From the NCBI RefSeq assembly GCF_006345805.1, contig NC_043010.1:46500001-46564000 (forward strand): 64,000 nt of DNA, written 5' to 3'. The DNA is from Octopus sinensis. Taxonomy: Eukaryota. The notes beneath the pieces were generated by a model, which was given only the letters and a program-made list of their open reading frames with translations, did no database searches and was not told the DNA's origin. How positions within the stretch are numbered: position 1 is the stretch's first letter; each line of letters opens with the position of its first letter. Below, piece after piece: positions 49,649-61,863 of the stretch. Position numbers and translations under genes: made by a program.

Positions 49649-49879
49649 GGCAGCGAGCTGGCAGAAACGTTAGCACGCCGGGCAAAATGCGTCGCCATAT
49701 TTCGTCTGCCGTTACGTTCTGAGTTCAAATTCCGCCGAGGTCGACTTTGCCTTTCATCCTTTCGGGGTCGATAAATTAAGTACCAGTTACACACTGGGGT
49801 CGATGTAATCGACTTAATCCGTTTGTCTGTTCTTGTTTGTCCTCTCTGTGTTTAGCCCCTTGTGGGCAGTAAAGAAATA
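49649..49879 (+). mobile_element. Full-length near-consensus SINE A1 with 17-bp TSD
   Basis: TSD ggtattacagctttcat at 49627-49643 and 49880-49896. Confidence 0.92.
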
Positions 49880-50874
49880 GGTATTACAGCTTTCATTGTT
49901 TAACCCTACTGTTACCATATTTCTGTTACAATACACAAACTTTGTTCTAATTAATTTTGAAATTGACAAAGAATTTTAGTAAAATAACTTTGTTGTTATT
50001 AAGCTGGTGATTGGAACATAAATTAATAATTTTAATTGGAAGTGTTTTTATTGTAACCTAGAACCCTAGTTAGTCTCAGGTTAGGTTGGTATCAAAAGGG
50101 TTACAAAGCTAAAAGCTGTAATGGAGAGCTAAAACTTGTATAGTACCAGACAGAATACTTTGCAGTTTTAATTTTAATCTTTCTAAATTCTGATTTCAAA
50201 ATACATTGGGGCCAAAGCTACCTTTCATCTTTCAGGGATCAGTCCATTTGACTATGTCTTTTGGCTCTGCAGACGTTTGGCCTTGTGCCATCATAAGAAG
50301 TCATTACTATAATAAACAATTAGCGTTACGGCTGCAGTTGTACTAACCAACTGGTGTCGTGATTACTGTTGTACTAATTTTGTCATTCCACTACTTTGCT
50401 CCTATAGTTAACATTTCTTCATTCTCTATCAACATAGAAACCTCCTGCTATTTATATTCCTGTCAGAAAACATGGCATATGCAACACTAGGATTCCATTT
50501 CATGCTCTTTACTACTTAACAACTTTAGTATTATAGTAGTTTGTGGTTTTCTACTTTGCCCCGTTCTCAGTTAAATGTTTTTCTTTTTCTTTTATCAATG
50601 AATATATATATATATATATATATATTTATACACACACACACACCTTCCTCCTATTTCTTCCCTCTTCAACCTTGCATTCTTCTTCTTCACCAATTCTCTC
50701 TTATAATGTAGTGTTCTATTCTTTCGTTCTTTTATTCTTTTACCTGTTTCTGCCATTGTGCTGTAGTCATGCTGGAGCACCACCTTGGATAATTTAAGTG
50801 GATCGAATCAACCCCAGTATTTATTTTTTCCCCTTGCTCTCCTTAGGTTGTTGGTACTTTCAAGGCCTTGAACA

Positions 50875-51280
50875 TCATCATCATCATCATCATCATTTAG
50901 CGTCCGTTTTCCATGCTAGCATGGGTTGGACGGTTCAACTGGGGTCTGTGAAGCTGGAAGGCTTCATCAGGCCCAGTCAGATCTGGCAGTGTTTCTACGG
51001 CTGGATGCCCTTCCTAACGCCAACCACTCCGTGAGTGTAGTGGGTGCTTTTTACGTGCCACCCGCACAGGTGCCAGACAGAGCTGGCAAACAGCCACGAA
51101 CGGATGGTGCTTTTACATGTCACCAGCACGGGGGCCAGGCGAGGCTGGCAACGGACACGAACGGATGGTGCTTTTACGTGCCACCAACACGGGGGCCAGA
51201 CAGGGCTGGCAAACGGCCATGAAACGGATGGTGCTTTTACGTGTCACCGGCACGGGGGCCAGGCGAGGCTGGCAACGATG
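50875..51280 (-). mobile_element. Family D RTE-type 3' UTR with internal ~61-bp tandem array
   Basis: (CAT)n tail, then four units sharing ggtgcttttac(g/a)tg(c/t)cacc. Confidence 0.8.
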
Positions 51281-51329
51281 TATATAATAAATGATTTCAT
51301 CTATTTAGCTTTCTCTTTCATCTTCATTC

Positions 51330-51760
51330 TCTCTTAAGTTAGAAGGATTATTTTGAGTTCTGATTTGCATTTTGTTCACAATTTTCTCCATTAACTGGAT
51401 TTTCTTCTCTTCGTCATTTCATGTATTTTATTGATTTGTTCTGTTTCATCCGCTGTACTCACAAGTTTGTTCTACTTCTATAGTTTGTCCTATACTGTTG
51501 GAATTATCTTCTGATTTACCAGAGATAATGTCATTTTCACTGCCTATTTCTCTCCTGATTATTTCAATTTCTATTTCAAAAAGCCATCTATTTCGCTTTA
51601 TTTCCAATGCTTGTCCTGCTAGCTTTTATTCAGATAATTCAAAGATTCTGATGCCATTCTGGATACTTTCTTTTCTTGAAACCTCTTGTTGTCAGATTCC
51701 TCAGAATGTAGCATGCCATCACCAGCTGTTTTAGTCCTTTTGTCCAATATGTTCTTTCAT
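51330..51760 (-). pseudogene. Decayed N-terminal ORF region of an R4/Dong-like non-LTR retrotransposon
   Basis: YWTKGLKQLVMACYILRNLTTRGFKKRKYPEW...EIEIEIIRREI resembles the WT.E.N..VM.CY.....RGY.KRM..IW..EIE.I.R motif recalled for R4/Dong N-termini; multiple stops. Confidence 0.5.
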
Positions 51761-52118
51761 TTACTTTAGCATTTGCAGGATGATGACCATAATGTACCGT
51801 TCTTGTCAAGTGGTACACCTTCATTGTTGGTTCCCATATTATCTTTGCCATTATTTGAAAAGCTTTCATTTTGCATTACACTCTTTTCTTTTAGGTTGCT
51901 GCATATATTAACATTGTGCAACCACTGGTGTTTTTATCAAGACACCATCTCTCAAAACTCTGTTGATCAAGGTTTATCCTCTGCCAGATGCCAACCCAAT
52001 ATTTCTAGGCCAAAAGAAACTATTATTATTCTGAGTTTCAGTCCCCTATTCTTCAAATGTTGTTTTTCTGAATCAGAAGCAAATTTTCCCCTTTTTTTTT
52101 TTTCCTTTTTCTCTCTCT

Positions 52119-52420
52119 AGTTTCAGCTCAGAGCTGTGGCCATGCTGATGCACCACCATTTTACTACACTGTTATTACTAAGAGCCTCCTCTAATATGTG
52201 GCACTTGGTGAAGAATGGAGTTTGATATAGCTACCCTCATTTGCACCTCTTGCCGTGAGGTAGGTTCATCTGGGACTCTCGACAGGAAGAGATCCAGCTT
52301 TGATTTAAAAACCCCAACATCTACTTTGTGCAAGTTCCTCAGACTCTTTGGGAGAATATTAAAAAGCTGTGGGCCCCTGAAACCCAGGCTGAAATGAGAT
52401 TGAATCCCTTCCATTCTATG
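52119..52420 (-). mobile_element. CR1/L2-group LINE 3' end: ORF2 C-terminus, stop and 3' tail
   Basis: FRGPQLFNILPKSLRNL..FKSKLDLFLSRVPDEP..SNSILHQ, then ggtggtgcatcagcatggccacagctctgagctgaaac. Confidence 0.8.
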
Positions 52421-52929
52421 GGTACTATCATTGCTTTTTCCAGCAAAAGTTTATATCTATAGAAGTGGACCTTTGCAAAGCTGTAACTTATCAGCCAAGA
52501 TAATTCAACAAGAGCAAGAGAAAGAGAGAGCATGGTGTTGCGCGTGTGCGTGTGTGTGCACGCGCGTGTATGTGCGCCCGCGTGTGTGTGTGTGTTGCTG
52601 ATCAGAAAAGTGCACTTATATGTGGTATGTTGGTTATTTTGATTATTTTCTAACCAACACAAAATATGACACATTTGCACTTTGTGTTTTTCCCTCTTTT
52701 CCTTCTTTCTTACTACATGTATTATTTCAATCTTTCTAACATTTCTGGACAGTATAGTTATTCAGTAGTAATAGTAGTAGTAGTAGTATAGTCCCAGGTC
52801 TGCTCCTGTCAAACCGTCCAACCATGTTCCAATCATGATCATCCAGCCATATCTTATCTTTTTATTCTCTTTCATAGTGTTTCTAGGATAATGATAGTTT
52901 TCTTACTCAGTAAATTGCACTATGTAAAC

Positions 52930-53371
52930 GTGTATATGCATGTGTGTGTATGTATATATATATATATGTGTGTGTGTGTGTATATATATATATGTATGTA
53001 TATGTGTATATATATGTATGTATATGTGTGTATATATATATATGTATATGTATATATATATGTGTGTGTGTGTATGTATATGTATGTATATATGTATGTA
53101 TATGTGTGTATATATATATATATATGTATATGTATATATATGTATATGTGTGTATATATATATGTATATGTATATATATATGTGTGTGTGTGTATGTATA
53201 TGTATGTATATATGTATGTATATGTATATATATGTGTGTGTGTATGTATATGTATATATATATATGTATGTAAGTATATATATGTATGTATATATGTATA
53301 TATACATATACATATATATACACACACATACACACACATGTGCATGCACATTTATATTGTATGTGTATGTG

Positions 53372-53403
<32 letters not shown>

Positions 53404-53420
53404 ATATATATATGAATGTG
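52930..53420. repeat. Compound (TA)/(TG)/(TATG) microsatellite with 120-bp higher-order period
   Basis: 53041-53100 is identical to 53161-53220. Confidence 0.92.
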
Positions 53421-53767
53421 TGTATACATGTAGATATATGCATACACATACACACAAAGAAAAATGTCTCCTCAGTGATAAAAAGAAATTAATTCCCTCC
53501 AGCATCCAGATTAACTGGTTATTTAGGCACCCTTCCACGTGTTGCCACCCACTTCATATTTGTCTATGTGGATTTGGAGAAGGAGATTCCAGTTTCATTT
53601 CTAGATTAAATTACCTTACCCTCTCTCTCTTTCTACAGTTGGTGGGTCTGACCCACTTGCTGCTTCTATCCACTTCTGAGTTGAGATTATAGATAAGTGG
53701 TGAGTGATTGCACCAATGCCACCACCATCACCACCAGCCTTCTTGCTTTCTAAACTATTTGTGTACC

Positions 53768-53800
<33 letters not shown>

Positions 53801-53891
53801 TAATGAGCTACTTATATTCCTGCTGGACTTTTATTGTTCCATTTTAGTGTTAAAGCATTTAATAGTGTCTCTGTGCAAACATACACATATA

Positions 53892-54054
53892 GGCGCAGAA
53901 GTGGCTCAGTGGTAAGTAGCTTGCTTACCAACCACATGGTTCCGGGTTCAGTCCCACTGCGTGACACCTTGGGCAAGTGTCTTCTACTATAGCTTCGGGC
54001 CGACCAAAGCCTTGTGAGTGGATTTGGTAGACGGAAACTGAAAGAAGCCCGTCA

Positions 54055-54105
<51 letters not shown>

Positions 54106-54325
54106 ATGTTTGTGTGTCTGTGTTTGTCCCCCCAACATCGCTTGAGAACCAATGCTGGTGTGTTTATGTCCCCATAACTTAGCGGTTCGGCAAAAGATAC
54201 CAATAGAATAAGAACAAGACTTCAAAGAAAAAAAAAAGTACCAGTGTTGATTTCTTTGACGAAAACCCCTCAAGATGGTGCCCCAGCATAACCACAATCC
54301 AGTGACTTAAACAAGTAAAGTAAAA
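53892..54325 (+). mobile_element. SINE family B
   Basis: Full match. Confidence 0.82.
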
Positions 54326-54449
54326 ATAGAATAATAATAATAATTCAGGTAAATGACAAACTGTGCCCTTGACCTTTGCTTTCTCCACTGGTGAGATTGG
54401 TATGGTTAATGCTCAATCTGAACAACTGCAGAAAAGGAAGTGGACCTGG

Positions 54450-54679
54450 TTAACCCTTTTTGTTACCAATCCGGCTGAAACCACCTCTGGCTCTGAGTAC
54501 AAATATCTTGTTTTCATAAGTTTTGAATTAAAATCTTCCACCAAACTTTAGTCACAATTTATGTTGCTAACACTAGCTGAATGATAACTAAGTTATTTTA
54601 CTAAATTCTTTGTTATATTTAAAATTAATTGAAAGAAACACCGAGCATCTCAAAATAAATACAGTAACAAAAGGGTTAA
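54450..54679. mobile_element. piggyBac-type MITE family F
   Basis: TTAA|ccctttttgttac ... gtaacaaaaggg|TTAA. Confidence 0.85.
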
Positions 54680-54709
54680 TGAAGAATTTGGTAGTGGTTT
54701 TGACCATGT

Positions 54710-55200
54710 AGCATTCACATTACTGTCAAATGTAATGCTTATTTATTCATCACATTGTTTTGAATTAATGATGCAGCTTTGAGATTTCAGTGATGTGTTT
54801 GTTTATTTTTATAATGACATTGTAAACTAGGTATGAGAGGCTGGATCTGGCCAGTTTCAACAGAAAATGGGTAGAATATTTGGGTTGGATATGATCAGTT
54901 TAAGTGCTATGTAATACTTATTTATTCCCATTGTTTGGAATTAATCACGCATTATCTTTTAGCTCAGATATTTTGATTCTGTGATTGTTTATTTTGAAAA
55001 TGACAATATAGCATAAGTGCATGAGGCAGGATTTTGCCGATTTGAACATAAAACAGGTAGAATATTTAGGTCTGATATAGCTAGTTTAACCTTTTAGTAT
55101 TCAACCAGCCATATCTGGCCAAAATATTTCACCTGTTTTATGTTCAAACTAACTGGATCAGGCTTCTCACACCTACCCGACACTGTCATTGTGCTAAAGT
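54710..55200. mobile_element. Cluster of partial MITE E copies
   Basis: Three blocks sharing gaatgacattg..aacataaaacaggtagaatattt. Confidence 0.65.
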
Positions 55201-56092
55201 GTTAAACTAGACAGTGTTTGGTCTAGTTTGCTTGGATTAAGTTTTTTATTGGTTAATAACATCCATAGTTGATGGGGTCTATAAACTTCAGCAGTGGAGT
55301 ACTTGGTCACCTTCCCTGTCCAACTTCATGTGAATACCACCATTGATCAGTAGATGACTCGCCATTATTGCACATCTACCATACATGCTGCTGCTTATAA
55401 TTTTACGTTGCTCTAGTCCACTTAGCTGGCAAAAATTAGAAGTACCTGTTTTTCAAAGGACCAGCCTTGTCACATTCTGTGTCGTGCTGAACCTCCCCGA
55501 GAGCTACCTTAAGGGTATGCAAGTCTGTGAATTGCTCAGCCACTTGCACATTAATTTCATGAGAGCAGGCCGTTTTGTTGATCAGATCAACTGGAACCCT
55601 TGTCGTTGTAACTGACAGAGTGCCCGGTTTTTTTTTTGTTTTTTTTTTCATAGTTTCACCTTCTAAGCCAAGGCTAAATGACTATTAGATGTTATTCCAT
55701 GTCTAAAGGTAACCATTGTGTTGGTCCAACACAGCTCATTTCCATATTCACTACTGACTGCATATTTAGAAAATGTTCTGTTCTGTCACCTGGTGAGCCA
55801 CTGTGTAGGAATTCTGTTTTTCAACTTGTATTAGATCTATCACACACACACATATATATGCATATATACATATTTGTATATGTATACATTTATATATATG
55901 GATCTAAAAGTTATTTCTTTTAGCATGTTATATTTTTTTTATTATTATTATTTATGGATGACCTTCTCTCTAAGATGCAGATTTCAAACAGCTATTGCGG
56001 ACATACCGTTTCAGAGCCTTTCAGGGTTAAATGCACATACATTTGCATTTATGTAGTAGATATATATACATGCATATGCATGCACACACACA

Positions 56093-56462
56093 CAGTGCAG
56101 GTGTGACTGTGTAGTTAAGATGTTTGCTTTCCAACCACACAGTTTTTGTGTTCAATTCCAATACATGGCACCTTAAGGCATGTGTCATCTGCTATAGCTC
56201 AGGGTTGACAAAAATTTTGTGAATGAATTTGGTTGATGGTAACTGAAAATAGCCTGTAAATGTGTGTGTGTTTGTGTGCCCTTGTTTTAACATCAGTTGG
56301 TTGCTGTAAATAAGTGACACTCATGCAAAACATGTCTAGCCATGGAAAAATATTACCTTGCCTAGAAACAGATGAGGGTTGGCATCTGACCATAGAAAAT
56401 CTGCTTCAATAAACTCCAACCCAATCAAGCTTGAAAAAGTGAACACTAAAACGATGATAATA
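56093..56462 (+). mobile_element. Chimeric SINE: family B head and CORE with an RTE (family D-like) tail
   Basis: B-type head to about 56260; tail gagggttggcatc..ccatagaaaatc..cactaaaacgatgat. Confidence 0.6.
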
Positions 56463-56841
56463 ACATGTGCATATACATATATATTCATATATACGTACAT
56501 ACATACATAAGCCACATACTGTATACAAATTAAGTAAATGTTTAATTTAACTGTAAATAAAATATGTTACAAGCAAAGTAGCTACTTTCAAAGTATTTAT
56601 TTTGTTTCTATATAAGAAATGAGTTTGTTATGTCTAGAAATATGAATGATATATTCATTTGCAGTTAGATTTTGTCTGAATTTTAGAAGTTACATGGGTT
56701 AGGTTTGAGATGCTTGCTTATATAAAATGTTGTCTAGCTGTGTAAATATTTTTTTTTCTATTTGCTACAAGGACAACAAAAATTGACCATTACAATTTCA
56801 TGCAGAACAATTACAATGTGTTATAAATAATATATAGGTAC

Positions 56842-57013
56842 AGATGTGGCTGTGTGGTAAGAAGTTTGCTTCCCAACCACATGGTTCCAGGTTCAGTTCC
56901 ACTGCATGACACCTTGGGCAAGTATCTTCTACTATAGCCTCAGGCTGACCAAGGTCTTGTGAGTGGATTTGGTAGACAGAAACTGAAAGAAGCCCATCGT
57001 ATATATGTATATA

Positions 57014-57074
<61 letters not shown>

Positions 57075-57292
57075 ATATGTTTGTGTCTGTGTTTGTCCCC
57101 ACAACATCGCTTGACAACCAATGCTGGGTATGTTTATGTCCCCATAACTTAGAAGTTCGGCAAAAGGGAACGATTGAATAAGTACTGGGCTTACAAAAAA
57201 TAAGTCCTGGGGTCGATTTGCTCGACTAAAGGCAGTGTTCCAGCATGGCCACAGTCAAATGACTGAAACAAGTAAAAGAATAAAAGAAAAGA
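56842..57292 (+). mobile_element. SINE family B
   Basis: Full match. Confidence 0.85.
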
Positions 57293-57828
57293 ATATATAA
57301 TGTATATATATATATATATAAAACAACAGTGAGAACTGGTATTTCAATGTGTTTATCATACCTACAAGTGGTATGTTGAGGTGTATTTTTACATAAGCAA
57401 ATCTGGCATATGAAGGCAGCTAACGTAGCTGCACTCTGGGGGTGTTTATAACTTGGATGCAGGTTTTTAAGTGTGTAGAATACTACTTAAATCAGTAGTT
57501 CTTAACCAGGGTCTATATGGTCCTTGCAGGGGCCATATAAGATTTTGTTAAAATTTATCTGCAATAAATACTAATACTACTACAATACACAAAATATTTT
57601 GATTTTTTTTTTATACAAATCCTAATAATATCCAATTATGAAAAATATGATTTTATTAAACATCAAATGGCTATGAGGGTCTATCTGAGTGAAATGCAAA
57701 TCAAAGGGGTCCATTGGAAACATTGATTTAAATGAAGTCATATGTTGAGGTATGTAAAAGAGTCCTGAGCTGGCTAATGCAAATAGATGTATGTGCACCA
57801 GTTGATGTTATGTATGCATAGAATAACT

Positions 57829-58193
57829 CTCTCTTTACTCTTTTACTTGTTTCAGTCATTTGACTGCGGCCATGCTGGAGCACCGCCTTTAATCGAGCAA
57901 CTCGACCCCGGGACTTATTCTTTTGTAAGCCCAGTACTTATTCTATCGGTCTCTTTTGCCGAACCGCTAAGTAACGGGGACATAAACACACCAGCATCGG
58001 TTGTCAAGCAATGCTAGGAGGACAAACACACACATATATATATATACATATATATGACGGGCTTCTTTCAGTTTCCATCTACCAAATCCACTCACAAGGC
58101 TTTAGTCGGCCCGAGGCTATAGCAGAAGACACTTGCCCAAGGTGCCACACAGTGGTTGGTAAACAAGCTACTTACCACACAGCCACTCCTGCG

Positions 58194-58195
<2 letters not shown>
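57829..58195 (-). mobile_element. SINE family B, near-consensus with a small head deletion
   Basis: Full match. Confidence 0.85.
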
Positions 58196-58243
<48 letters not shown>

Positions 58244-58659
58244 CAGTCCAAACTTGGTATGCATCAAACATGAATATTACTAGAGACTGATGTGTGTAGC
58301 ATGTATATATAAAAGCCATTGGAGGTGATCTGGTGTATTGAACAGCACCTGTTGAAGATATGCACACAAACACACGAGATAGGAGCATCAGTTAAAAACT
58401 GATATGTGCTGAGGTGTGTATATAAGCAGCATCAGTTAAAAACTAGTGTGTATAGAATGATGTAGAGTGGTTGGTTTCTTCTCACAAGTTCTCTAATCAT
58501 AGGTGTGAACAAGCTTCCTTCTCTACTTTTAGCACACCAGAAGATATTCCTGTCACTGTTACTGCTTATATAGTAGTATTGTTGGTTAGGCATGTTTCCT
58601 TTCTGAAGCATCATGGGAACTGAACAGAAATTGCTTTTGACTGTTGTAGGAAAGGAGCC

Positions 58660-59330
58660 AAAAAATTCAAACTACTCTCTTTATACTCTTTCTACACTAT
58701 TTCTCTTTCTCTCACCTTCTCCCCATCCCCCCCTTTATTATCATCTTCTGCCTTCCTTCTTTTTGCTTTCTCTTCATTGCTCTCTTTTTTCTCCTCCTAT
58801 TTCTGCTATTTTGCGTTCCCTTCTCTTATATTTTCAACCTTCCCACTCTCACTTTTACTCACCCCCATTCACTCATTCACTCACTCGCTCATTCACTCAA
58901 ATTCCTCCCTGTCTCTCACTTTTTTGCTCATCCTTCTCTCTAACCTCTCATCTCTCCTCCTCATTTTCTCATTCACTTATACACATTTACTCTCTTCCCT
59001 ACCACATAGGCATTCTTCTTCACCTCCTGTTCACCCTCTTTCTTCTCTTTCCTTTTGTCTTCATCGTTCCTTATCCTCTCTTCCTTTCTCTCTCACTCTC
59101 TCTCTCTCTCTCACATACACACACTATGTCTCTTGCTTTCTCTATTGCTCTCAAACTTCTTTTCTCTTTCTCTCTCTTCCTTATTCTCTATTGCTGTCTC
59201 TCCTCCCTTTCTCACCCTCTTGTTTTGACTCCTTTCCATGATTCTTTTTTTTCCCCCCCTTTTTTGTTATCTATTTCAACCACATTTGTTTCTTTGCTTA
59301 ATTTCCCTTAATTTCACTGCTGCTATCACT
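58660..59330. repeat. Long pyrimidine-rich low-complexity tract
   Basis: C/T-dominated on the + strand; explains the L/S/F-rich ORFs. Confidence 0.85.
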
Positions 59331-59602
59331 TCTCCCTCAAACTTGCTATCTGTCTGTCTCTATAACACCGACTTCCACCAGCATCCCTTCCCTCCTCTCC
59401 ATCTTAGTAAAGTTGCCCTTCCTCCTTATTTTACCTTCCTTAAACTGTTGCATGTAACCTAGCAGTGAAAAAAAATCACCACTAACTTCACCAATCCCAC
59501 CAGTAGCTAAACTATCAACTAGAACAACAACAAGAGTAACAACAGCTACAGACTTAAAAGACACTGTTAGTAGTTTTTTTATTGTTACCACTGTCCATCT
59601 AC

Positions 59603-59604
<2 letters not shown>

Positions 59605-59682
<78 letters not shown>

Positions 59683-59690
59683 TTATTTAT
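59605..59690. repeat. (TATC)n microsatellite
   Basis: Directly visible. Confidence 0.95.
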
Positions 59691-61271
59691 TTATCCATCT
59701 ATCTACCTATCCAGTCTATTACTAGCAGGGCTCTCAGCAGCCACCAAACCCCAGATACATACAGAGAGTGAGTAGGAGAAAGAGGGAGGGAGAGAGAGAG
59801 AGAGAACTTGAGTGAAGAAGACCCAACATAAATAAACACTTCCTAAGTGTGTCTCTGGCTGCAGAACACACAATCTTGTGAGGAGGCCTCTGATTTTATG
59901 CTCCTTGTGTACCTCTAATTTTCTGTTCTTATATTTTGATTTGTGAAGTCCCACCTAAATGCAAACTAAATGCAACACCACTGAATCTAAAATGGACTGC
60001 CAAGTGGAGAAGGTACATTTATTACATATGGATTTGTACAATTGCTTTGTTTCTGCTTTCAAATCTACCTATACCTGTCAGTGGTACCCTTGCTATAGGT
60101 GACTAGCAACTTTGTGGCTACTCTACCTTTCTTGGATACATATATATACCCCCGAACACTCCTAGCAACTGTTGCATTCTCTGTGTGGTATATTTTCAAC
60201 AATTTTCCTATAGATATATTTACAGAGAAAAAGAAATAAAGAAAATATAAATGAAATAAATAATAAGCAAAAAAAAAAAGTATAAGATACAAAACTGTTC
60301 CACTACTCCACCAACCCATCCATCCACCCATGTTAAAATGTGGATGAAATCTGGAAGCGGTAATGCTGCTGCTATTATTACCAACCAGTCTGAGAGGCAC
60401 TGCTATAAACTTGATACTAACCAAACTTGTTCAGGTTGTATTTCTTCTTCTCAACAGGCAGGAAAATCTATCTGTTGCTCTGTTCTTTTTATTTCTAAGT
60501 GAAGACCTACTCTGAATTTCTGAGGACTTCGATGTGAGGAAAGCAAGCTGCTTGCTACTATACTATATTTGTTCTTTCTGCTAAAAGCTACTTAACTATA
60601 TTTGCTGTTTCTGCTAAAAAATCACTCACAACGAAGGACATCTTTTCGAAACAGTTTTCCTTGTTTAGTTTCTGTCACAGTCATCTATCTACCTCTACTG
60701 GTCGATTTCTTCTCGGTTCATGCACCAGACCTCTTAATGAAGCACCTGTTGATTAATCCTACTATTAAAATCTATCCGTTTGGAATTATTTGATTTACCA
60801 AAAAATATCGACTAATATTTAAAAATTCAGCTGTTGCTTTATTTATTATCCAAAAAAAAAAAAAATAATTGTTTATTGTTTTCAACTTGATGTATTGCAA
60901 CGAAAGAAATTACATTATTTCTGAAATATTGGTGTAAAATTGGATTTTTAACCTTTTCTCTGAGTTATTTTACTAACAAAACTCTTAAAGTTAGTAAATT
61001 CTTTACTGGAACCATAGCAGTGCAGTCAGTAGCAATAATAGCTACAATTCTTAAAAAGGAAGAGAGAGAGAAGAAAATATTTATATTATGATTTTTTTTT
61101 TTTTTAATGTAAATGACACCTGTTCTTAACAGGTAAAATTTAGGAGAATCACAAAAGTAAAACATGTGTATTCAAGGGTTGGCATATGACAAGCTTTTAC
61201 ACCTTGTGGTTCATAGACTACAGAAAGGGACAATCAAGACGTAATTTCAAGAATCTACTCTCGGTTCCATA

Positions 61272-61863
61272 ATGGAAGAGAGTATAAGAACCAGGACAAT
61301 TTCTGAAATCTCTGTTTATCCTGATAAACCGACTAAGTCGTTCATAATGAAAGAGGAGTCTTCAGAATTTAAGAACAGAGCTCGTTCATTTGACTTGCCT
61401 GTTGAGAGGGAAGTGTATTCGGAAAACAACTCACCTTGCGAGGATGCCACATTCCGGCGGACAGAATTCAGCAGCAAAGGGCGCTCTAGTTCAGAAGGAT
61501 CCCTTTCTATTGGCAAGCCTAATTTTGTCACAAGCAAATATATTCTATCACAGCAAGATCCAGCCTCCATTAAATTTAGCCCTAAAGAATTTGAACTCCC
61601 CACAGATCTCTCTGAACTCCAAGAAGCTGAATCAAACTCAACAGCTTGTGAATTTTCTGAATATGTGAAAAACTTGACAGTATCTCTGTCCCCACTAGAA
61701 TCTGATAAGAATGACAGTGATAAAAGAGGGAGAACAGGAAGTCACCCAGGTCACCCCAGGCGATTCCTTAGCTGTATTGATATTGGCCCAGTCTCTACCG
61801 CTGACAGAAATGCCAACAGCGAAACTCAGGGGATTTACTCTGCTACAAGTCCTGAAATTAAAA
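61272..61863 (+). CDS. Coding exon of unidentified gene or isoform; Ser/Glu/Lys/Arg-rich disordered peptide with RxRxxS-type motifs
   Basis: Non-repetitive 197-codon open frame from an ATG in strong context (ccatAATGG) to donor aaaGTatgt (61864-65). In-frame stop upstream at 61242-44. Candidate acceptors at 61215-16 and 61250-51. Composition changes to intron-like after the donor. Confidence 0.7.

Noticed and set aside
49649-49730. tRNA gene
   Set aside because: A- and B-box-like motifs belong to SINE heads; no complete cloverleaf seen. No rRNA or CRISPR array is evident anywhere in the window.
51639-51869. LTR-retrotransposon integrase HHCC zinc finger
   Set aside because: Spacing is wrong and the second Cys is absent; an R4/Dong-like N-terminal motif fits better.
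52891-53692. Six overlapping long ORFs (up to 250 aa)
   Set aside because: Y/I/C/V/M/H/T repeats from (TA)/(TG) arrays; open in many frames at once.
58613-59462. 232-aa hydrophobic ORF resembling a membrane protein
   Set aside because: Artefact of a pyrimidine tract lacking stop codons; no domain or splice support.
60458-60533. Possible 5' UTR exon (ttcttcttctcaacAG ... gatGTgagg)
   Set aside because: Good acceptor but weak donor and no independent support.
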